In this document: piece after piece, positions 57,246 to 64,000 of the stretch | Position numbering within the stretch: position 1 is the first letter of the stretch | Layout: every line of letters begins with the position of its first letter | Source of the DNA: Verrucomicrobiales bacterium | GTDB taxonomy: Bacteria; Verrucomicrobiota; Verrucomicrobiia; Verrucomicrobiales; DEV007 | DNA length: 64,000 bases | Direction of reading: 5' to 3' | NCBI GenBank assembly: GCA_029212615.1 | Contig: JARGPJ010000007.1 | Coordinates: forward strand, 70,354 to 134,353 | The notes under the pieces: model-generated | Database searches by the model: none | Told to the model about the DNA's origin: nothing | Seen by the model: the letters and a program-made list of their open reading frames with translations, nothing else | Translations under genes and position numbers: made by a program

Positions 57246-57392
57246 GTTTCCCATGATGAATTGCGAGCGGGGCCGTTTGCTGTCCGTTGGCAGTGACAGA
57301 GAGATCGTGATGATGAAACCGCTTATCGAACGTGCTTCCAGCGGGTATTTCTAAAATGAGGGCAACGCAGCTTGCTTGAGAAAGATGATTTC

Positions 57393-58547
57393 ATGAGTGA
57401 CGAGATTAATTCCAGGTACCCATCTATTGAACATCTTCGTGAGCGGGCGCGGCAGCGAATGCCACGATTCGCTTTTGAGTACCTGGAGGGGGGATGTAAT
57501 TCCGAAATCAACCTCAAGCGAAACACCCGGGAGATTCGCGAGGTGCAACTCAAGCCGTGGTACCTTCGTGACTACGCGGGGTCCGATCAAAGAACCGAGC
57601 TGTTCGGGAGGACGTATGACGCTCCTTTTGGCATTTCACCGATCGGTCTCCAGGGGTTGATGTGGCCGCGAGCGACAGAGATTCTCGCGAAGGCAGCGCA
57701 TGTCCACAACGTACCGTTCATTCTCAGTACCGTTGGAACGGCGAGTATCGAAACCGTAGCGGAACTCACCGATGGCAAGGCCTGGTTTCAACTTTATCAT
57801 CCGGCGGAGGATGAGCTACGGGACAAGTTGATCAATCGGGCTGCTGATGCAGGACTGCCTGTCCTGTTGATTCTGGCTGATACACCCACTTTTGCGTACC
57901 GTCCGAAAGAGATTAAAAACGGTCTCTCAATTCCTCCGCAGATGTCGATTGGAAATGTGATTCAGATGATGACGCACCCGACCTGGTCTCTCGGCCAGCT
58001 TGCGGCGGGTGCGCCCGAGTTTAAAACGATGACCCCATATTTACCCAAAGGGCTCAGTATGAAGCATCTGGGGCTTTTCATGAATAAGACTTTCTCCGGG
58101 CGTTTGAATCCTGACAAAATCGGGGCACTGAGGGATCGATGGAAGGGGAAACTTGTGATCAAGGGCATTGTTAATCCGGAGGATGCGGAGAAGGCAATCA
58201 GCCTCGGTGTTGATGGCATGATCGTGTCGAATCATGGAGGGCGTCAGCTGGATGCAGGACAATCTACGATCAAGCCGCTGACGGAGTTGGCGAAGGAGTT
58301 CGGCGATAGAACGACGATGATGATCGACAGCGGACTTCGAGGAGGGCCGGACATCGCCAATGCTCTTGCGAGCGGGGCCCGGTTTGCTTTCATGGGCCGC
58401 TCTTTTATGTATGGAGTGGGAGCACTGGGAGAGGAAGGCGGCACCCATACGATTGCGATGTTGAAGAAGCAGCTTCAGCAGGTGATGGAGCAGGTCGGGT
58501 GTGAAAAAGTATCCGATTTTCCGGGGCATCTCCTTTCCGGAGAGTAG
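57393..58547 (+). CDS. FMN-dependent alpha-hydroxy acid dehydrogenase (L-lactate dehydrogenase LldD-like)
   Basis: 'FEYLEGG', 'PFGISPIG', 'WFQLY', 'KLVIKGI', 'SNHGGRQLD', 'DSGLRGG.DI', 'GRSF'. Confidence 0.9.
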   Translation: MSDEINSRYPSIEHLRERARQRMPRFAFEYLEGGCNSEINLKRNTREIREVQLKPWYLRDYAGSDQRTELFGRTYDAPFGISPIGLQGLMWPRATEILAKAAHVHNVPFILSTVGTASIETVAELTDGKAWFQLYHPAEDELRDKLINRAADAGLPVLLILADTPTFAYRPKEIKNGLSIPPQMSIGNVIQMMTHPTWSLGQLAAGAPEFKTMTPYLPKGLSMKHLGLFMNKTFSGRLNPDKIGALRDRWKGKLVIKGIVNPEDAEKAISLGVDGMIVSNHGGRQLDAGQSTIKPLTELAKEFGDRTTMMIDSGLRGGPDIANALASGARFAFMGRSFMYGVGALGEEGGTHTIAMLKKQLQQVMEQVGCEKVSDFPGHLLSGE

Positions 58548-58558
58548 GGGGAATATTC

Positions 58559-58609
58559 TGATGAACTCAGCGGTGTCCGATTTCTTCAGAAATTCCGCTG
58601 AAGTCATCA
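58559..58609. other. Intergenic imperfect hairpin
   Basis: TGATGAACTCAGCGG (58559-58573) pairs with CCGCTGAAGTCATCA (58595-58609) at 13/15. It encloses a second palindrome ATTTCT-TC-AGAAAT. Confidence 0.5.
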
Positions 58610-58676
58610 ATCAGTGTTCTTGATAAGTCGGGCGGTGCGGTCGATCGAGGGTCATCCCGATGACCTTCCCGATCTG

Positions 58677-60743
58677 ATGAAGCTTCGATCTATTACTGCC
58701 GCCATACCACTGTTCATCATCCTGTTTGCGGCCATTTTTCCTCTGAATGGGGCTGGTGACTCCGATGCCGGAATATACTTCAACCGTGCACCCCTGCTGG
58801 AAAAGCGATACGCTGAGCTTCCTCTTGGATCGATCAAGCCGGAAGGGTGGTTGAAGCATCAGCTTGAGACAATGGCGTCAGGGTTGACCGGACATCTCGA
58901 CAAGGCATACGAAGAAGTGTGTGGACCCCGTAACGCATGGCTCGGGGGAGATGGTGATGCCTGGGAGCGCGGCCCATACTGGATCGACGGCCTCTATCCT
59001 CTTGCGAAACTTCTGGATGACAAAACTCTTGAAGCCAAGGCGATGAAGTGGATCGAATGGACCCTCCAGAATCAGCGCCCCAATGGACAGATTGGTCCGT
59101 ATCAATTGAGCGATGAGGATCGATCTGAAGCACCGCCCAAAGGAGCGCAGACCGGCGATGCTGATGATTGGTGGCCCCGCATGGTGATGCTGAAGATCCT
59201 CCAGCAGCACTATCTGGCGACGGGCGATGGTCGTGCCCTTGAGGCAATGCTCCGATACTCACGCTATCAATTGTCGGAGCTGGGGAAACGTCCCGTCTAT
59301 GATCCTGGAAATCCCGAAAGCGGATCCTGGTGGGCCGGCCGCCGGGGAGGTGACAATGTCATGAGTGTCTACTGGCTTTATAATGTGACCGGGGAGTCCT
59401 TTCTTCTTGAGTTGGCCGATCTCATTCGGGAGCAGTCTTATCCCTGGGTCAGTGACTTTGAGAGCGGAGAGAATTTGAAGCTCTTCCGATACAGTGAGCA
59501 CCACGGTGAAGGGAATGCCTATCACTGCGTGAATCTTGCGCATGCGTTGAAATACCCACTAATTTTCGGTCAGCGAAAGGGGTTGGATGAAGCCATGAAG
59601 GTGACGAAGAAGACCCTCGCCGGGATTCGAAGACACCACGGCCAGCCACACGGTCTCTGGGGCGGAGACGAGGGGATGCACGGTACTGATCCGACCCGGG
59701 GGAGCGAGCTTTGCACGATTTCGGAGACCTTGTTTTCGTTGGAGAAGAATTTCGAAATCACGGGGGAGGTCCAGTTCGCCGACCTGTTGGAAAGGGTGGC
59801 TTTTAACGCCCTTCCCACGCAGGCGGATGAAGCATTTACGACGCGACAGTATTTTCAGCAGGCAAACCAGATATCGTGCACGCACAGTCCTCACCCGTTC
59901 ACTAATCACCCCCGGACATCGAATCTCTTTGGTCTCTTGACTGGCTACCCGTGTTGCACGTGTAACATGCATCAAGCCTGGCCGAAGTTTACTGCTCATC
60001 TCTGGATGGCGACAAAAGACGGCGGGGTTGCGGCCATGGCATACGCTCCGTCTACGGTAACGAGGTCCCTGCCGGAAGAGGTCGAGTTATCGATCAGAGC
60101 TGAGACCGGGTATCCGTTCAAAGAGGAAGTTAAACTGACAATCGACTTGTCGAAGCCGGCGGTGTTTCCGCTTCACCTTCGTATTCCGGAATGGTGTGAG
60201 GATGCTACGGTCGTGATAAATGACGAAATCGCGATTGAGCCGGAGCGCGGGAAAATGGCCGTGATTAAACGGAGGTGGGAGAAAGGGGATACCGTGCAAG
60301 TTCGGTTGCCTATGCAAATTCGTTCCGAGCGGGGGCACGAAAACAGTGTTTCGATTTTACGTGGACCTCTCGTCTTTGCTTTGAAGATGGATGAGAAATG
60401 GGAAAAGAAAGATGGGTATTTTGAGGTTCGTTCTGACTCACCCTGGAATTTTTCGCTCTTCGACCGGGACCTCGAATCAGGCCGCAAAGTGATGCGGAAA
60501 AAGTTTAAGCTGGTTCAAAAAGAGGGGCCGCTTCCTTCCAATCCATGGAACACAAAGAACGCACCGGTTCAATTGGAGGCCTACGGGGTTCGAAACCCCT
60601 TATGGGGCACCTATCATGACGAGGCGGGCCCTTTGCCCTGGAGTCCTGCAGCCTTCCCCAAAGGCGGGCAGCCGGAAGCGATAACCTTACTGCCATACGG
60701 ATGCACTACTCTTCGTATCAGTGCTTTTCCGACCGTTCTCTAA
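58677..60743 (+). CDS. GH127/GH146-like (DUF1680) beta-L-arabinofuranosidase-family glycosidase, secreted
   Basis: 'PLGSIKPEGWL', 'WERGPYW', 'HCVN', 'ELC' and 'YPCC' (Zn/Cys catalytic motifs of this family), 'LHLRIPEW', 'RGPLVFAL', 'LLPYGCT.LRI'. Start ATG 58677. Confidence 0.82.
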   Translation: MKLRSITAAIPLFIILFAAIFPLNGAGDSDAGIYFNRAPLLEKRYAELPLGSIKPEGWLKHQLETMASGLTGHLDKAYEEVCGPRNAWLGGDGDAWERGPYWIDGLYPLAKLLDDKTLEAKAMKWIEWTLQNQRPNGQIGPYQLSDEDRSEAPPKGAQTGDADDWWPRMVMLKILQQHYLATGDGRALEAMLRYSRYQLSELGKRPVYDPGNPESGSWWAGRRGGDNVMSVYWLYNVTGESFLLELADLIREQSYPWVSDFESGENLKLFRYSEHHGEGNAYHCVNLAHALKYPLIFGQRKGLDEAMKVTKKTLAGIRRHHGQPHGLWGGDEGMHGTDPTRGSELCTISETLFSLEKNFEITGEVQFADLLERVAFNALPTQADEAFTTRQYFQQANQISCTHSPHPFTNHPRTSNLFGLLTGYPCCTCNMHQAWPKFTAHLWMATKDGGVAAMAYAPSTVTRSLPEEVELSIRAETGYPFKEEVKLTIDLSKPAVFPLHLRIPEWCEDATVVINDEIAIEPERGKMAVIKRRWEKGDTVQVRLPMQIRSERGHENSVSILRGPLVFALKMDEKWEKKDGYFEVRSDSPWNFSLFDRDLESGRKVMRKKFKLVQKEGPLPSNPWNTKNAPVQLEAYGVRNPLWGTYHDEAGPLPWSPAAFPKGGQPEAITLLPYGCTTLRISAFPTVL

Positions 60744-60754
60744 TTAACTTTCTG

Positions 60755-62206
60755 ATGTCTTTGTTCTTACGCTGTCTCTCTGGTCTTTCCTTTTGTTGGC
60801 TCATGTTCCCATGTGGGGCTCAGGAGAAGCCTCCTCAATTTGTGTTCTTTATCACAGACGATATTTCACAGGGGGATACAGCGACCTACGGTGGTCCGGT
60901 TCCCACTCCGAACATGGACCGCCTCGCTTCAATGGGAATGACGTTCGAGAATGCGTATGTAACCGCAAGCAGTTGCAGCCCAAGCCGGAATAGCATTATC
61001 ACGAGTCGATACCCTCACAACACCGGTGCTTCCGAACTCCATACACCACTTCCACGAAATCAGTGGAAGTTTCCGGGGAGGCTGCGCCGATCCGGTTACT
61101 ACTCTGTTCTCAGCGGTAAGAACCACATGTCCTACGACGGGGTCAAGGATGATCCCTCACGACTCGCGGAAGCCTTCGACTACATTGACGAGGGAGGAAG
61201 ACCGAGTGGTTCTGAAAACTGGATCAAGCTCTTGCAGAACCGTCCGGAAAACACGCCTTTCTTCTTTTGGTTCGGTTCTCATGACGCGCATCGAGACTGG
61301 CAGTTTACGAAGGAGGCTCCTGAATTCAGCAGTCATGAGGTTGTCGTTCCTCCCTACCTCTTTGATGGAAAGAAAACGCGCCGGGACTTGGCCGGGTACT
61401 ATCATGAAGTGGCCCGGACTGATTTTTATCTGGGTAAGCTTCTCGATGAACTGGAAGCGCAGGGGATCACAGAATCCACCTATGTGATATTCACCAGTGA
61501 TAATGGCCGGCCGTTCCCGCGCAGTAAGACGCGGCTCTACGACTCCGGTGCGAAGGTGCCTCTCCTTATTGCCGGCCCGGGAATCAGGCCGGGTGAGGCA
61601 AGTGATTCACTTGTCAGTTTGATAGATATAGGGCCCACGGTTCTTGAATTGGCTGGAATTGAGATTCCGGAGCGATTTCAAGGAGTCAGCCTGGTGCCGC
61701 TCTTTGAGGATCCGGCGGCAAGGGTTCGTGACTACCTTTTCGCTGAACACAATTGGCATACTTATCCGGCGAACGAGAGAATGGTGAGGTTTGAGAACTG
61801 GGTCTATATCCGAAACTATAATCACGAAGATCAGAATCTCTGTGCTGAGTCGAGCGATAGGTTTCCCGCAGGGAAGGAACTCTGGAACGCTGAAGCGGAT
61901 GGAATGCTGAAGAACGAGCAGCGTGATGTCTTTCTTCAGCCCCGCCCTTTCGAGGAGCTCTACGATGTCATGAGCGATCCCGATCAATTCTCCAATCTGG
62001 TAAAGGTTTCAGAACACCGCGAAGTCCTCCATCATTTACGGGGTATTCTTGATCAATGGCGCGAGGAGACCGGGGACACGATATCGAAGGATCCGACCTC
62101 TGTGATTGGAAATATCAGCCCGGAGCAACGGGGTGAACAGGTAGGGGCTGCGCTTGGAGCTGAGCACATTCTCAATTCCGGTCCGGTTTTGAAGAGCGGG
62201 CAATGA
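60755..62206 (+). CDS. Cys-type sulfatase (sulfamidase/heparan N-sulfatase-like)
   Basis: 'FFITDD', 'CSPSRNSIITSRYPH', 'GKNH', 'HDAHR', 'FTSDNG.PFPRSKTRLYDSG', 'FAEHNWH'. Start ATG 60755. Confidence 0.9.
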   Translation: MSLFLRCLSGLSFCWLMFPCGAQEKPPQFVFFITDDISQGDTATYGGPVPTPNMDRLASMGMTFENAYVTASSCSPSRNSIITSRYPHNTGASELHTPLPRNQWKFPGRLRRSGYYSVLSGKNHMSYDGVKDDPSRLAEAFDYIDEGGRPSGSENWIKLLQNRPENTPFFFWFGSHDAHRDWQFTKEAPEFSSHEVVVPPYLFDGKKTRRDLAGYYHEVARTDFYLGKLLDELEAQGITESTYVIFTSDNGRPFPRSKTRLYDSGAKVPLLIAGPGIRPGEASDSLVSLIDIGPTVLELAGIEIPERFQGVSLVPLFEDPAARVRDYLFAEHNWHTYPANERMVRFENWVYIRNYNHEDQNLCAESSDRFPAGKELWNAEADGMLKNEQRDVFLQPRPFEELYDVMSDPDQFSNLVKVSEHREVLHHLRGILDQWREETGDTISKDPTSVIGNISPEQRGEQVGAALGAEHILNSGPVLKSGQ

Positions 62207-62299
62207 GGTAGCGGCGGGTGCTAAAGGTGAATCCGCGATGGCTTAATTTGTCAACGTAGGAGCCGCCCTGAGGCCGTGTCTTGATGACAAGGTTGCGCA

Positions 62300-62323
62300 T
62301 TGATCTGCCGTGGCGCAAATCAA
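62300..62323. promoter_or_regulatory. Candidate operator upstream of xylA
   Basis: TTGATCTGC-N6-GCAAATCAA, with arms matching 8/9, ~85 nt before the xylA ATG. Confidence 0.3.
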
Positions 62324-62408
62324 CAGAATGGATACGCAATCTGCGGTGTTTGTTTTTGATGAAGCGTGTATGATCTGACCTTCAAATAAACCCAATTCAG
62401 GAAGACAG

Positions 62409-63716
62409 ATGCAATATTTCGACTGCGACAAGATTCAATATGAGGGTCCCGGCTCCAGGAACCCTCTCTCGTTCAAGCACTACAACCCCGATGAGCTTAT
62501 CGGCGGAAAATCAATGAAGGAGCATCTCCGCTTTGCCGGAGCATACTGGCACGTGATGCGTAACGATCTCTCGGATCCATTCGGCGGTGGGACCGCGCAG
62601 ATGCCATGGGATGACGGAAGCACTTCCGTCGAAAACGCTCTCACCAGAGTCGACGTCTTCTTTGAGTTTCTCGATAAGTTGGGAATTGAATATTACTGCT
62701 GGCATGATCGCGACATCGCGCCTGAGTTGAATGATCTCAAAGCTTCACATGCAGCGCTCGATACCGTGGTGGCCAAGCTCAAGGATAAGCAGTCAGAGAG
62801 CGGCGTGAAGCTGCTCTGGGGCACTGCCTGCCTTTTCTCTCACCCCCGTTATTCACAGGGCGCGGCGACTTCACCGGATGCAAATGTCTACGCCTATGCG
62901 GCGGCTCAGGTGAAGAAGGCGATGGAGGCGACCAAAGAACTTGATGGCCTTGGATACACTTTTTGGGGCGGTCGGGAAGGATATGCGACTTTGTTGAATA
63001 CTGATATGAAGCGTGAGTTGGATCATCTCGCCGCGTTTTTCCACATGGCGGTTGAGCACGCGAAAAATATCGGTTTTGACGGACCCTTTTATATTGAGCC
63101 AAAGCCACGCGAGCCTTCGACACATCAATACGACAGTGACGCGGCGGCCTGCCTCAATTTCCTCCGCGAGTATGATCTCATGGATCACTTCAAGCTGAAC
63201 ATTGAGACTAATCACGCCACTCTGGCGGGCCATACCATGGAGCACGAACTAACCGTAAGTGCTAACGCCGGAATGCTTGGGAGTATTGATGCAAACCGCG
63301 GGGATACCTTGATCGGATGGGACACGGATCAGTTTCCAACTGATATTCATCTCGCGACGCAAGTCATGCTGGTGGTTCTGGAAATGGGCGGTCTCACGAC
63401 TGGCGGTTTGAATTTTGATGCAAAGCGTCGTCGCGAATCTCACGAACCGCTCGATCTCTTTTATGCACACATTGGCGGGATGGATGCCTTCGCACGCGGA
63501 CTCAAGATCGCCCATGCGATTCGTGAGGACGGTCGTCTCGCTAAATTTGTTGATGAGCGATACAGCAGTTTCGACAATGACATCGGTGCAAAGGTCGAAG
63601 CGGGAACCTGCAGTTTTGCAGACCTCGAAGCCTATGCTTTTGCGAATGGTGAACCCGGGCTCGCGAGCGGGCGTCAGGAGATGCTCGAAAATCTGGTGAA
63701 CGAATTTCTCCAGTAG
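62409..63716 (+). CDS. xylA: Xylose isomerase (class II)
   Basis: 'WHDRD', 'LWGTA', 'WGGREGY', 'IEPKP.EP..HQYD', 'NIETNHA', 'GWDTDQF', 'GGLNFDAK', 'SGRQE'. Confidence 0.97.
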   Translation: MQYFDCDKIQYEGPGSRNPLSFKHYNPDELIGGKSMKEHLRFAGAYWHVMRNDLSDPFGGGTAQMPWDDGSTSVENALTRVDVFFEFLDKLGIEYYCWHDRDIAPELNDLKASHAALDTVVAKLKDKQSESGVKLLWGTACLFSHPRYSQGAATSPDANVYAYAAAQVKKAMEATKELDGLGYTFWGGREGYATLLNTDMKRELDHLAAFFHMAVEHAKNIGFDGPFYIEPKPREPSTHQYDSDAAACLNFLREYDLMDHFKLNIETNHATLAGHTMEHELTVSANAGMLGSIDANRGDTLIGWDTDQFPTDIHLATQVMLVVLEMGGLTTGGLNFDAKRRRESHEPLDLFYAHIGGMDAFARGLKIAHAIREDGRLAKFVDERYSSFDNDIGAKVEAGTCSFADLEAYAFANGEPGLASGRQEMLENLVNEFLQ

Positions 63717-63777
63717 GTTTTTCGGGATCAATCCGCCGCCCCGATCTACCCGGGGCCGGTGCATTCCTGATTCATCA

Positions 63778-63816
63778 GGGGGGCTGTTCTCCGATCAGGG
63801 GGGGCAGAGCCCCTTT
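63778..63816. terminator. Possible bidirectional terminator between xylA and the convergent gene
   Basis: GC-rich imperfect hairpin GGGGCT...AGCCCC followed by TTTG. An adjacent palindrome is CCTGAT-TC-ATCAGG. The T-tail is short. Confidence 0.35.
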
Positions 63817-63826
63817 GTCCGGCCAA

Positions 63827-64000
63827 TTATTTCTTCGCTTTCTGCATTGCCCTAACACGCTCTTGTTCTACCTTGAGGGCGGGCCCGCTCACAGGAAGGG
63901 GAGTGAAATCCGGATCCGGGGTGATCACTTCATCCTCCGGGATTGTACGAATGCGGAGATGGCGGTACCAAACGTCCTGCCCGTGATCCTGTAGTTTGAG
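63827..64000 (-). CDS. C-terminal end of a DUF1080 (3-keto-disaccharide hydrolase-like) protein, 5' part outside window
   Basis: Hand translation of the minus strand: LKLQDHGQDVWYRHLRIRTIPEDEVITPDPDFTPLPVSGPALKVEQERVRAMQKAKK*, with TAA at 63829-63827. 'LQDHG..VW.R..RIR' is the DUF1080 C-terminal signature. Absent from the ORF track. Confidence 0.8.
   Translation of the reverse strand, partial: LKLQDHGQDVWYRHLRIRTIPEDEVITPDPDFTPLPVSGPALKVEQERVRAMQKAKK

Noticed and set aside
57246-58575. Similar words TGATGAA..AGCGG just after the TAG stops flanking the lldD-like gene, as insertion-site repeats
   Set aside because: The similarity is short and gapped, there is no mobility gene, and it is not distinguishable from chance.
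1-64000. tRNA, rRNA, IS elements, integrases, prophage
   Set aside because: The larger intergenic gaps I inspected showed no cloverleaf or rRNA signatures, and no ORF has transposase, integrase or phage hallmark motifs.

Overview
A gene-dense bacterial window of about 35 CDSs. I found no rRNA, tRNA, CRISPR array, transposase or prophage. The gene content points to a polysaccharide-degrading PVC-superphylum bacterium, most likely Verrucomicrobiota (inference): a PEP-CTERM protein, a planctomycete-type cytochrome c/DUF1549/DUF1553 protein with DUF1501, four Cys-type sulfatases, and an ECF sigma/FecR-LamG pair. The dominant feature is a ~16.6 kb ORF (2846-19486, ~5,550 aa). It has a signal peptide and a filamentous-haemagglutinin/TPS secretion domain. 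About 75 copies (hand count) of an xAQIGHGG His-containing repeat follow, arranged in four capped higher-order blocks. Two inserted domains resemble phage-structural 'PGT...G.IDY.TG' modules. No TpsB partner is in the window. Other points of interest are an operon pairing a stand-alone FAD oxidoreductase with an MnmM/YtqB-type methyltransferase (possible split MnmC), an orphan DUF6731-like gene with a strong Shine-Dalgarno site, a sulfatase translationally coupled between the DUF1553 and DUF1501 genes, and an ankyrin lipoprotein with a pilus-system-like C-terminus. The rest is housekeeping or catabolic: glgC, glmS, GspE/PilB ATPase, trhO, TruC-like synthase, DEAD-box helicase, alpha-hydroxy acid dehydrogenase, CE15, GH127-like enzyme and xylA. 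All family calls come from motif recognition by eye, not database searches.
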